Of a stretch of DNA of 52,496 nucleotides, positions 28,024-40,266 are shown piece by piece (position 1 is the stretch's first letter; each line of letters opens with the position of its first letter). The position numbers and the translations under genes were made by a program. Source of the stretch: Anaerolineales bacterium (GTDB lineage: Bacteria; Chloroflexota; Anaerolineae; Anaerolineales; DRMV01); assembly GCA_027053355.1 (NCBI GenBank), contig JALUDX010000055.1, positions 1 through 52,496 of the forward strand. Reading direction: 5' to 3'. A model generated the notes under the pieces. It ran no database searches. It saw only the letters and a program-made list of their open reading frames with translations, and was not told where the DNA came from.

Positions 28024-28090
28024 ACCAATCAACCAGGCAACCAGGCAACCAGGTAACCAAGCAACCAGGTAACCAAGCAACCAACCAACC
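28024..28090 (+). repeat. CAACCARGYAACCARG periodic array filling the lutA-lutBC spacer
   Basis: CAACCAGGCAACCAGGCAACCAGGTAACCAAGCAACCAGGTAACCAAGCAACCAACCAACCC ends 1 nt before ATG 28092. There is no SD. Confidence 0.85.
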
Positions 28091-28091
28091 C

Positions 28092-30086
28092 ATGCCCTCC
28101 CTCCGCCAGGCCATCCGCCAGGCATTAGCCAACCCCGCGCTGCAAGCGGCCTTGGATGCCAACGCCGAGCGCCGTCGCGCGGCTCGCGCCCGCGCCTACG
28201 CTACCCTGCCCGAACCGTGGGAAGTGCTGCGCGACCGCGCGGCCCGCGTGCGCGCCGAAATCCTGGCCCAATGGGACGACGTGCTCGCCCAGTTCACCGC
28301 CCAGGCCCAAGCCAACGGCTTCATCGTCCACCGGGCCGCCGACGCGGCCGCCGCGCGGCAGACCATCTTAGAAATCATCGCCGCCCAGGGGGAAGGCGCC
28401 CGCCTGGTGGCGAAATCCAAATCCATGGTCACCGAAGAAATCGGCCTGAACGCGGCCTTAGAAGCCGCCGGCCATCGGGTGGTCGAAACCGACTTAGGCG
28501 AATTCATCGTCCAACTGCGCGGCGAGCGGCCCGCGCACATCATCACCCCCGCGGTGCACCTCCGCCGTCAGGAGGTCGCCCACACCTTCCACGACTTGTT
28601 GGGGATGCCCTACACCGAAGACGTGGCCACCATGACCGCGGTGGCCCGCGGCCACCTGCGGCAAGTGTTCCTCCAGGCCGACGTGGGCATCAGCGGCGTC
28701 AACTTTGGCATCGCCCAAACCGGCGGCCTTTGCATTGTGACCAACGAAGGCAACGGCCGCATGGTCACCACCCTGCCCCGCGTCCACATCGCGGTGATGG
28801 GCGCGGAGCGGCTGGTGCGCACCCCGGCCGAACTCGCGCTCATGCTGCAACTGCTGCCCCGCTCGGCCACCGGCCAAGACCTGACCGTGTACACCACCCT
28901 GCTGCACGGCCCGCGGCGGCCTGGCGACCCCGACGGCCCCAGCGAACGCCACCTGGTGCTCGTAGACAACGGCCGCCGTCGCCTGCACACCACCCCCTTG
29001 GCCGACGCGCTGCGCTGCATCCGCTGCGGCGCGTGCCTCAACGCCTGCCCCGTGTTTCGGGAAATCGGCGGCCACGCCTACTTAGGGCGGCACGGCGAAC
29101 CCACCCCTTACCCCGGCCCCATTGGCATTGTGCTCTCGCCGGGGCTGTTTGGCTTCGAAAACTTCGGCAACCTGCCCTACCTCTGCACCCTGTGCGGTGC
29201 GTGTGCGGAGGCCTGCCCCGTCGAAGTGCCCCTGCCCGAACTAATTTTGCGCGCCCGCGCCTGGAGCAGCGGCGAAAGCCTCCCCGCGGCCACACCCCCA
29301 GGCCGCGGCCGCGCGCCGTTTGCCCCCTTTTTGCGCCTGTACGCGCGCCTCGCCACCCGGCCGGCGCTCTTCCGCCTGGCGCAGCGTGCCTTGCGCGGCG
29401 TGCGGATGCTGGGTGGGCTCGCGCCCTGGCCTTTGCTGCGCGGCGCGGGGCACAGGATGGGGAAAGGCGCGGTGTCTGCCCGCAAAGGCTCTGCACGGCA
29501 CACCTCCGCGCCCCCCGTCGCCGCGAGCGCGGCCTCGCCTTCAGCCAAACCCCCGGCTTCACCGCCCGACCTTGCCGCGACCTTCACCGACCGCCTCCGC
29601 AGCCTGCAGGGCGAGGTCATCACCGTTGCCGACATGGCCCAAGCCGGCCAGGCCGTGGTTTCCTTCCTCCGCCACGAAAAAGTGACCCGCGTCTTGGCCT
29701 GGGATGAAGCGCACCTGCCCCCGGAAGTGACGGCCGCGCTCAAAGAGGCCGACATCGCCACCTGCCCCCCTGAGCAGGCCGCAGCCTGCCGGGTGGGGCT
29801 GACGGGCGCCGCGTTGGGCATTGCAGCCACCGGCAGCCTGGTGCTGCCCGGCGGCGCGGGCCGGCCCCAAGAGGCCTCGCTGCTGCCCGAAATCCACCTG
29901 GCCGTGCTGCGCACTGCCGACCTGGCGCCCGACCTGACCGCCGCGTTGACCCGCCTCCACCTGCCCTCGGCCGCCATGACCACCATCATCACCGGCCCCT
30001 CCCGCACCGCGGACATCGAAATGACCCTCACCATCGGCGTGCACGGGCCGCGGCGGCTGGTGGTCGTGCTGGTAGCCGCGACCTGA
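28092..30086 (+). CDS. lutB: fused LutB (4Fe-4S, LUD domain) - LutC lactate utilisation protein
   Basis: Ferredoxin motifs CIRCGACLNACP and CTLCGACAEACP. The C-terminal 200 aa or so are a LutC/LUD domain (GLTGAALGIAATGSLVL, PSRTADIE). The upstream part of the 958-aa ORF is read-through. Confidence 0.88.
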   Translation: MPSLRQAIRQALANPALQAALDANAERRRAARARAYATLPEPWEVLRDRAARVRAEILAQWDDVLAQFTAQAQANGFIVHRAADAAAARQTILEIIAAQGEGARLVAKSKSMVTEEIGLNAALEAAGHRVVETDLGEFIVQLRGERPAHIITPAVHLRRQEVAHTFHDLLGMPYTEDVATMTAVARGHLRQVFLQADVGISGVNFGIAQTGGLCIVTNEGNGRMVTTLPRVHIAVMGAERLVRTPAELALMLQLLPRSATGQDLTVYTTLLHGPRRPGDPDGPSERHLVLVDNGRRRLHTTPLADALRCIRCGACLNACPVFREIGGHAYLGRHGEPTPYPGPIGIVLSPGLFGFENFGNLPYLCTLCGACAEACPVEVPLPELILRARAWSSGESLPAATPPGRGRAPFAPFLRLYARLATRPALFRLAQRALRGVRMLGGLAPWPLLRGAGHRMGKGAVSARKGSARHTSAPPVAASAASPSAKPPASPPDLAATFTDRLRSLQGEVITVADMAQAGQAVVSFLRHEKVTRVLAWDEAHLPPEVTAALKEADIATCPPEQAAACRVGLTGAALGIAATGSLVLPGGAGRPQEASLLPEIHLAVLRTADLAPDLTAALTRLHLPSAAMTTIITGPSRTADIEMTLTIGVHGPRRLVVVLVAAT

Positions 30087-30093
30087 GCCGCCC

Positions 30094-30666
30094 ATGGCCT
30101 ACACCCTGCTCGACCCGCTGAAGCAAACCGAAATCCCGGTCGAAGTGCGCGTCGACAGGCGCTTGCGCCGCCACGCGCGCTGGGCGCGCCGCGCCGACGG
30201 CAGCATCCTGCTGCGGGTGCCCCCGCGGCTGAGGCGGAGCGAAATCCAGCGGCTGCTGCGCGACATCCAGGCCGAAATGGAGCGCATCGCGGCGCGCGAC
30301 CGCCGTCGCACCGATGAAACCTTGGCGCGGCGGGCGCGGGAAATCAACCGCAAATACTTCGGGGGTGAAGTGCCCTGGCGGGCTATCCGCTGGGTGAGCA
30401 ACATGAAGCAACGGCTGGGCAGCGTATCCTTGGGCGGCACCACCTACGGCCACATCCGCCTTTCAGGCCAGATGCGCCACTGGCCCCGCTGGGTGGTCGA
30501 TTATGTCATCGTCCACGAATTCGTCCACCTGCTCTTGCCCGAAGAAGGCCACAGCGCCCGCTTTTGGGCGCGTGTGCGCCAGGCTTACCCCCGCACCGAC
30601 GAAGCGCGGGGGTTTGTCAAAGGCTATTTCTTCGCCCAGGGGCAAGCCTTCGAGAGTGAGGATTGA
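30094..30666 (+). CDS. YgjP/DUF45-type metal-dependent hydrolase
   Basis: HEFVHLL HExxH motif in a DUF45-like context (RLGSVS ... IRLS ... VVDYVIVHEFVHL). Confidence 0.78.
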   Translation: MAYTLLDPLKQTEIPVEVRVDRRLRRHARWARRADGSILLRVPPRLRRSEIQRLLRDIQAEMERIAARDRRRTDETLARRAREINRKYFGGEVPWRAIRWVSNMKQRLGSVSLGGTTYGHIRLSGQMRHWPRWVVDYVIVHEFVHLLLPEEGHSARFWARVRQAYPRTDEARGFVKGYFFAQGQAFESED

Positions 30667-31271
30667 TGCGCCCGATACGAGCCGTGATTTTGGATTTCGG
30701 CGGGGTCTTGCTGCATGTCACCAACCCCGCGGCGCACCAGGCGTTGGCGCGCGAATTGGGCATCCCCCTGCAGGTCTTGCACTTTCAGGTGTTCGAAGGG
30801 CCGCTGAGCATGGCCGCGCAGCGGGGCGAAATCACCCCCCGCGCCCTGTGGGAGGGGCTGGCCGAGCAATGGGGGCTGCCCCGCGACCAGGCCGACGCCC
30901 TGGCCTTGCGCTTCTGGCAGGGCGTGAGCGTAGATACCGCGCTGGTCACCTGGCTGCGCGGGTTGCGCCCCCGTTATCGCACCGGCTTGCTCTCCAACGC
31001 CTGGCTCGACCTGCGCGATCTGTTGCGCCACACAGGGATTTTGGATGCCTTCGATGCGCTGGTGATTTCCGCTGAAGAAAGGCTGATGAAGCCAGAGCCG
31101 GCCATTTACCGCCTGATGTTGCAGCGGTTGGGCGTGGCGGCCGCGGAGGCGGTGTTTGTGGACGACCGCGCGGAAAACGTGGCCGGCGCCCAGGCTTTGG
31201 GGATGCACGGCGTGCTTTATCGCCATCGCGACCAGGCGATTGCCGAGGTCGAGGCCTTATTGGCGGCGTAA
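30666..31271 (+). CDS. HAD-superfamily hydrolase (subfamily IA)
   Basis: Motif I ILDFGGVLL and motif IV FVDDRAENV. The ATG overlaps the upstream TGA (TGATG). The stop TAA lies inside the first bases of MITE A7. Confidence 0.85.
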   Translation: MRPIRAVILDFGGVLLHVTNPAAHQALARELGIPLQVLHFQVFEGPLSMAAQRGEITPRALWEGLAEQWGLPRDQADALALRFWQGVSVDTALVTWLRGLRPRYRTGLLSNAWLDLRDLLRHTGILDAFDALVISAEERLMKPEPAIYRLMLQRLGVAAAEAVFVDDRAENVAGAQALGMHGVLYRHRDQAIAEVEALLAA

Positions 31272-31483
31272 CGGTTCAGCCGCGGCGAGGAGAAACCACA
31301 GATTTCGCAGATGTCGCAGAAAGACATCCACAGATTTCACAGATTAGCACAGATTGAGCGAAAAACACTAAAAAATCCACTCTCACCCTCACTTCTTGGC
31401 GGTCTTGGCGTCATCTTTGGCGACCTTGGCGACCTAAAAATCTGTGTTATCTGTGGTCTATTTCCTTGTGGCTGAATGGTAAC
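31268..31483 (+). mobile_element. MITE, GTAACNGTTCAGCC-TIR family (copy A7)
   Basis: Ends are GTAACGGTTCAGCC and GGCTGAATGGTAAC. The perfect 8-bp duplication TTGGCGGC sits at 31260-31267 and 31484-31491. Confidence 0.8.
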
Positions 31484-31494
31484 TTGGCGGCAGC

Positions 31495-32661
31495 CTAAAA
31501 CAGGGAGGCCATGCTGCTCAGCACCCGGCGGGCGATGACGATGCGCTGGATTTCGCTGGTGCCTTCGCCGATGGTCATCAGCCGGGTGTCGCGGTACATG
31601 CGTTCCACCGGGTATTCGCGGCTGTAACCGTAGCCGCCGTGGATCTGGATGGCGTTGCGGGTGACGCGTTCGGCCATTTCTGAGGCGAAGAGTTTGGCCA
31701 TCGCGGCCGCGTGGGTGAAAGGCTTGCCTTGCTCTTTGAGCCAGGCCGCGTGATACACCATCAGCCGGGCGGCGTGGATTTCGGTGGCCATGTCGGCCAG
31801 CATGAATTGGATGGCCTGTCGCGCGGCTAACGGTTTGCCAAAGGTGTGGCGCTCTTTGGCGTAAGCCACCGCGGCTTCGAAGGCGGCCTGCGCGATGCCC
31901 AGGGCCAAGGCGGCGATGCTGATGCGCCCGCCATCCAGCACCTGCAACGTTTGATACATGCCAAAACCCACTTCGCCCAACAGGTTTTCGCGCGGCACCC
32001 GCACGTTTTCGTAAGTGATCGCGTGGCTGTGGGTGGTGCCCAGCCCCATCTTCTTTTCCGGCGGGCCCACATGCAGCCCCGGCGTGCCGGTGGGCACCAC
32101 GATCAGGCTCAGGCTGTGGCTGCTGCGTTCGGGCGCGGTGCGCACCAAGGTGACGATGTAATCCGCGTCGCCGGCATTGGTGATCCACATCTTGCTGCCG
32201 TTGATTACCCAGGTGTCGCCTTCCAACGCGGCGCGGGTGCGCACGCCCTTGAGGTCGGAACCGGCATTGGGTTCGGTCAGAGCCAACGAGGCCAGACGCC
32301 CCGGTTCCCCACTCACCACCCGAGGCAAGAACCGCTTTTTCTGTTCCTCATTGCCGAACATCACGATGGGCGCGCAGCCCAAGCCGTTGTGAGCGGCAAC
32401 CGCTAAGGCTGTGCCGCCGTCGCCCCAGCCCAACGCTTCGATGGCCAGGGCAAAACCCAAGGTGCCCACGTCGCTGCCGCCGTAGGCTTCGGGCACGCTC
32501 ATGCCCAAAAGCCCTAATTGCTGGCCGCCTTTTTGCAGCGCCGGCCACATCACCTGCTCGTTTTCGTTGTATTCGGCTGCGTGGGGTTTGATTTCTTTGG
32601 CTGCGAAGTTGTGCACGGCCTCGCGCCACATGCGAAGTTCGGGGCTAAGGTCGAAATCCAT
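31495..32661 (-). CDS. acyl-CoA dehydrogenase
   Basis: 388 aa with the full ACAD pattern ([22 protein letters not shown]). GGAGG lies 5 nt before ATG 32661. Confidence 0.95.
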   Translation of the reverse strand: MDFDLSPELRMWREAVHNFAAKEIKPHAAEYNENEQVMWPALQKGGQQLGLLGMSVPEAYGGSDVGTLGFALAIEALGWGDGGTALAVAAHNGLGCAPIVMFGNEEQKKRFLPRVVSGEPGRLASLALTEPNAGSDLKGVRTRAALEGDTWVINGSKMWITNAGDADYIVTLVRTAPERSSHSLSLIVVPTGTPGLHVGPPEKKMGLGTTHSHAITYENVRVPRENLLGEVGFGMYQTLQVLDGGRISIAALALGIAQAAFEAAVAYAKERHTFGKPLAARQAIQFMLADMATEIHAARLMVYHAAWLKEQGKPFTHAAAMAKLFASEMAERVTRNAIQIHGGYGYSREYPVERMYRDTRLMTIGEGTSEIQRIVIARRVLSSMASLF

Positions 32662-32740
32662 CGGGGCCTCCATGAAAAACGGGGAAATGCGGTCAAGGCA
32701 AGTAACGGTTCAAAGAGACGCTGCGGATGACGCAGGTTAC

Positions 32741-33238
32741 TCAGGCACCTGCGGACGGGGGATTGGGCGGCACCATGTGCTGCGGCATACGCACCAACAC
32801 GGCCTCGCCGGTGACACAAGCCTGCCCCGCGGCGTAGATGGTGGTCTCGACCACCACTTTGCGCGCGGTGATTTCTTTGATGCGCCCCCGGGCCTCCAAA
32901 GGCACGCCCAAGGGGGTGGGCTTCAGGTAATTGACGTGCAACGCCGCGGTCACAAAACGGGGCACGGGCGCGGCGTCGCCGGGTTCGTGCCCCGCGGCGC
33001 GGTAGGCTGCCAGCGCCGCGCTGCCGGTGCTGTGGCAGTCCATCAGCGAGGCCAGCAGACCGCCATACACATAGCCGGGGATGGCGATGTGATACGGCTC
33101 AGGGGTGAAGCGGGTGAGGGTTTCTTCGCCATCCCAAGCGGTTTTGAAGTGGTGGCCGTGTTCGTTGTAGCGGCCGCAGCCGTAGCACCAAGCCAAATCG
33201 TCGGGGTAGTAATCCTGGATGTAGGGGGAAGAAGACAT
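32741..33238 (-). CDS. PaaI-family hotdog-fold thioesterase
   Basis: PGYVYGGLLASLMDCHSTGSAA ... and an N-terminal CYGCG. GGGAG RBS. Confidence 0.78.
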   Translation of the reverse strand: MSSSPYIQDYYPDDLAWCYGCGRYNEHGHHFKTAWDGEETLTRFTPEPYHIAIPGYVYGGLLASLMDCHSTGSAALAAYRAAGHEPGDAAPVPRFVTAALHVNYLKPTPLGVPLEARGRIKEITARKVVVETTIYAAGQACVTGEAVLVRMPQHMVPPNPPSAGA

Positions 33239-33440
33239 CGCTGCTCCCTTTGGAAGGAAATATCCGCGAGCGCGGTGTTTTTATTGTATAGCGGATTGCC
33301 AAAAAGCAGGGGCAGGAACTCGCCCGTCTGATCGCTTTTTGGGCGGATTGCGCGTTTCCTTTTGTTGTTGCCGCGCCCTGCCTTTGCGGGGACGTACAGT
33401 GACGGGAAATGCGGTGAACCTCAACGGCTTCACCAAAACC

Positions 33441-33469
33441 TTGACCCGCGCGCGGTTCCATGATATAAG
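33441..33469 (+). promoter_or_regulatory. sigma-70-like promoter TTGACC-17-(TGA)TATAAG
   Basis: TTGACC (33441-33446), a 17-nt spacer, then the extended -10 TGATATAAG (33461-33469). Confidence 0.55.
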
Positions 33470-33500
33470 ACCATAGACTCCACATATTTGAGGTTTGAGA

Positions 33501-33539
33501 ATGACCATCCCCGTCCTCCAGGCGTTCGTTTTCGGCTAA
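33501..33539 (+). CDS. candidate 12-codon leader peptide MTIPVLQAFVFG
   Basis: GAGG lies 7 nt upstream of the ATG. The sORF sits between the promoter and the intrinsic terminator in the leader of the ABC-2 operon. Confidence 0.3.
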   Translation: MTIPVLQAFVFG

Positions 33540-33584
33540 AGCAGTGTTTGCGCGCTATTGCCGCGCCCTTCCCCGTCGGAGCGG

Positions 33585-33617
33585 ACGCCCTCAGCAGCAG
33601 GAGGGCGTTTTGTTTTT
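33585..33617 (+). terminator. intrinsic terminator / attenuator in ABC-2 operon leader
   Basis: Perfect 8-bp stem ACGCCCTC / GAGGGCGT with an 8-nt loop and a TTTGTTTTT tail. It is strand-specific to the plus strand. Confidence 0.6.
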
Positions 33618-33712
33618 AATCTCCTTGCGCCACCCTTCGGCCTGCGAGAAACAAGCCGTGAGCGATGCAGAAACGAAGGGCGAGTTGCGAATCAGGCTGA
33701 GGAAGGAAAACC

Positions 33713-34714
33713 ATGTCTGCCATTACCGTCCGTCACCTGCACAAGACCTACCGCGCCCCGCTCCGTGAGCCGGGGCTGCGGGCCAGCCTGCGGCACCTGG
33801 TGGCCCCGCGCTACCGCACCGTCGTGGCGCTGCGCGACGTTTCCTTCACCATCGCACCGGGGGAAGCGGTAGGCTACCTGGGCCCCAACGGCGCGGGCAA
33901 AACCACCACCCTGAAAATTCTGGCCGGGGTGCTCTACCCCGACGCCGGGCAGGTGGAGGTCTTGGGATTCGTGCCCTGGCAGGGCCGCTCGGCCTTCAAA
34001 AAACGCATGGCCTTCGTCATGGGGCGCAAGGGCCAACTGTGGTGGGATCTGCCCGCGCTGGATTTGTTCCACCTGTTCCGCGAGATGTACCAAGTGCCCG
34101 CGGCCACCTTCCGCCGCCGCCTGGATGACCTGGCAGCGCGCTTTCGGGTGACAGACCTGCTCACCGTGCCCGTGCGCAACCTTTCTCTGGGCGAGCGCAT
34201 GAAACTGGAACTCATCGCCGCGCTCCTCCACGGCCCCCAGGTGCTGTTCCTCGACGAGCCTACCTTGGGCCTGGACGTGATGGCCCAGCACGAAATCCGC
34301 GACCTGCTGCGCGCCTACGTGCGCGAAGAAGGGCTGACCCTGCTCATGGCCAGCCACTACATGCGGGATGTGGAGGCCATCTGCGAGCGGGTCATTTTGC
34401 TGGATGAGGGGCGTATCCGCTTCGATGGCCCGCTCACCGAGTTGAAAACCCGCTTCGCGCCGCATCGGGAGGTCACGGTGACCTTCGCGGCGCCGCCGCC
34501 GTCGGCGCCGGCCGCGGGTTGGCTGGTGGGGCGAGAGGGGCCCCGCTTCCGCTGGCGGGTGCCCCGGCAGGAAGTGCCGCGGCTGCTGCAGGAACTCACC
34601 ACCCGCTACGAAGTGGACGACCTGAGTGTACAGGAACCCGCGCTGGAAGACGTGCTGCGGCAAATTTTCACCACCGACGCACCGGCCTCGGCGCCCCCCG
34701 CGCCCGGAGGGTAA
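33713..34714 (+). CDS. ABC transporter ATP-binding protein (ABC-2 exporter type)
   Basis: Motifs GPNGAGKTT, LSLGERMKLEL and LFLDEPTLGLD. GAGGAAGG RBS. Confidence 0.92.
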   Translation: MSAITVRHLHKTYRAPLREPGLRASLRHLVAPRYRTVVALRDVSFTIAPGEAVGYLGPNGAGKTTTLKILAGVLYPDAGQVEVLGFVPWQGRSAFKKRMAFVMGRKGQLWWDLPALDLFHLFREMYQVPAATFRRRLDDLAARFRVTDLLTVPVRNLSLGERMKLELIAALLHGPQVLFLDEPTLGLDVMAQHEIRDLLRAYVREEGLTLLMASHYMRDVEAICERVILLDEGRIRFDGPLTELKTRFAPHREVTVTFAAPPPSAPAAGWLVGREGPRFRWRVPRQEVPRLLQELTTRYEVDDLSVQEPALEDVLRQIFTTDAPASAPPAPGG

Positions 34715-34716
34715 GC

Positions 34717-35517
34717 ATGTCTTGGAGACCGTACTTCACCACCGCCCGCCTGGCGCTGCGCGAGGCGGCTACTTACCGGCTCAACCATTTCCTCAGTTTC
34801 GTGGTAGCCGTGGTGCCCCTCATCGCGCTGCTGTTGTTGTGGAACACCCTCCTCGGCCCCCAACAGCGCCTGGCCGGTTTCACCCGCGGGGAGATGCTGA
34901 CCTACTTCATCCTCACCCGCTGGCTTTACGAATTTACCGGCCCGGTGGTCTGGTGGGATATCGCTTACGAAATCCGGGAGGGCGACCTGATTTTTCACCT
35001 GCTGCGGCCTGAGTGGTACAGCGGCTATCATTTTGCGCTGATCATCGGCAGCAAATTGCCTTACGCGCTGGTCGGCCTGGCAGTAGCCGCGCCCTTTGCC
35101 TTGAGCGTGGGCGTGGGTTGGGTCTGGCCCCCGGGGGTGGCGGCCTGGGCGGCCTTTGCTTTGAGCGTGGTGTTGGCCGTGGCCCTGGCCTATCAGTTTA
35201 CCTTTCTGTCCAGCCTGACCGCCTTTTGGCTGGAAGACAACAAGGCCATGAACTTGTTGATGGACTTTGTAGTGCCCTTAGCCGCGGGCGCGCTGTTGCC
35301 GTTGGATGTGTTCCCGTCGGCTGTGGCCACGGCGTTGCGCGCGTTGCCCTTTGCGCAGTTGCTCTACTTCCCCGCGCTGGTGTATTTGGGCCGGGTCGAC
35401 CCAGGCGGCTGGTGGGCCGGGGTGGCGCAGCAGGTGGGTTGGCTGGTGGCCTTGCTGGTCATCAACGGCTGGGTGTGGCGCCGCGGGCTGCGCCGTTTCC
35501 GAGCGGTAGGAGGGTAG
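34717..35517 (+). CDS. ABC-2 family transporter permease
   Basis: The ATG lies 2 nt after the ATPase stop. The protein has 6 or so TM segments. Confidence 0.75.
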   Translation: MSWRPYFTTARLALREAATYRLNHFLSFVVAVVPLIALLLLWNTLLGPQQRLAGFTRGEMLTYFILTRWLYEFTGPVVWWDIAYEIREGDLIFHLLRPEWYSGYHFALIIGSKLPYALVGLAVAAPFALSVGVGWVWPPGVAAWAAFALSVVLAVALAYQFTFLSSLTAFWLEDNKAMNLLMDFVVPLAAGALLPLDVFPSAVATALRALPFAQLLYFPALVYLGRVDPGGWWAGVAQQVGWLVALLVINGWVWRRGLRRFRAVGG

Positions 35518-35518
35518 G

Positions 35519-36307
35519 ATGGGGTATTATCTGCGTTTGTGGTGGCATTGGGCGCGGCTGTCGTTGGGGCGGGAAAGTTTGTTCCGCGGCAACGCGTGGC
35601 TCCGCCTGATCGGCCACGCCCTGTGGTTGGGCACGGCGTGGGCTTTCTTTGCCGCGCTTTATTTGCACGTCCCGGCCATTGCCGGATGGCGGCCGGCAGA
35701 GGTGTGGTTGCTCATCGCGGTGAACGAGTTAGCGCAATTGCTGTACAGCATGTTCGTGGGGCAGGGGGTGTTGTGGATTCCCGACCTGATTTGGCAAGGC
35801 GAGTTGGATAGCATTTTGCTCAAACCGGCAGCGCCCTTATTTACCCTTTCGGTGGGACGGATGCGGCTTTACAATGCGCCTTCATTGGCGCTGCCCCTGG
35901 CGTTGGGCGGCTACGCGTTGCACACGTTGGGGCTGCAGCCTTCGTGGGGGCAGTGGTTCTGGTTTGGCCTGCTGTTGGCCTTGGGGGTGGCGGCGCGTTA
36001 CGCTCTGACCCTCACGGTGGTCTCGCTGGCCTTTTGGGTGACGCGGGTGTATGCCATGCCCGCGCTGCTCGCGGAGTTGTTCCGCTTAGCCGGGTATCCG
36101 GAAGGGATTTTCCGCGGCGCGATGCGCGCGTTGTTTACCTGGGGGGTGCCGGTGCTGGTGGTGGCCAATTTCCCCACCACGGCGCTGCTGGGGCGCGCGG
36201 GCTGGCAACCGGGGGCCGAAGCCGCGCTGGCCGTAGGGTTTTGGTGCGTGGTCGCGCTGGCCCTGTGGCGGGCCGGGTTGCGCCGCTACACCGCGGTGGG
36301 CGGTTGA
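35519..36307 (+). CDS. ABC-2 family transporter permease (second subunit)
   Basis: The ATG lies 1 nt after the upstream TAG. It is polytopic and ends like its partner (LRRYTAVGG versus LRRFRAVGG). Confidence 0.75.
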   Translation: MGYYLRLWWHWARLSLGRESLFRGNAWLRLIGHALWLGTAWAFFAALYLHVPAIAGWRPAEVWLLIAVNELAQLLYSMFVGQGVLWIPDLIWQGELDSILLKPAAPLFTLSVGRMRLYNAPSLALPLALGGYALHTLGLQPSWGQWFWFGLLLALGVAARYALTLTVVSLAFWVTRVYAMPALLAELFRLAGYPEGIFRGAMRALFTWGVPVLVVANFPTTALLGRAGWQPGAEAALAVGFWCVVALALWRAGLRRYTAVGG

Positions 36308-36336
36308 GGCGTTGGGGGAGTGAGGTAAAGGGGAGC

Positions 36337-36491
36337 GGTTACCTGGTTACTTGGTTGCTTGGTTGCCTGGTCGCCTGGTTGTCTCTCTCGGCGGCTTTGG
36401 CGTCTCCTTGTTGGCGCCGCTCTGCGCCGACTTCCTTGGTACCGAACCCCGCGTTCGTCCGCGGGCTGTTTTCCGCAGGCTGAACGGTCAC
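36337..36491. mobile_element. truncated mosaic MITE (GGTTGC array + GCGGAC module + right TIR)
   Basis: Runs GGTTACCTGGTTACTTGGTTGCTTGGTTGCC ... CGCGTTCGTCCGCGGGC ... GGCTGAACGGTCAC. The TIR ends 1 nt from the helicase stop codon. Confidence 0.6.
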
Positions 36492-36492
36492 T

Positions 36493-40215
<3,723 letters not shown>

Positions 40216-40221
40216 GGGGGG

Positions 40222-40266
40222 CTGGTTGCTTGGTTGCCTGGTTACTTGGTTGCTTGGTTGGTTGCC
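40222..40266 (-). repeat. CAACCARGYAACCARG periodic array abutting the EndoQ-UvrD start
   Basis: The sense strand reads GGCAACCAACCAAGCAACCAAGTAACCAGGCAACCAAGCAACCAGCCCCCC-ATG. It overlaps the last codons of the RmlD-like gene. Confidence 0.85.

Noticed and set aside
28024-28090. Possible CRISPR or other spacer-containing array: periodic repeats here and at 19222-19270, 36337-36381, 40222-40266 and 45295-45342.
   Set aside because: The units are only 8-9 nt and directly abut each other without spacers. There are no cas genes and no 25-40-nt repeat/spacer periodicity.
27210-30086. A 958-aa ORF spanning lutA and lutBC as a single protein.
   Set aside because: The first 294 codons or so are an alternative frame of lutA plus the CAACCA repeat array, and translate to Arg/Pro-rich nonsense. 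The recognisable LutB sequence begins at ATG 28092.
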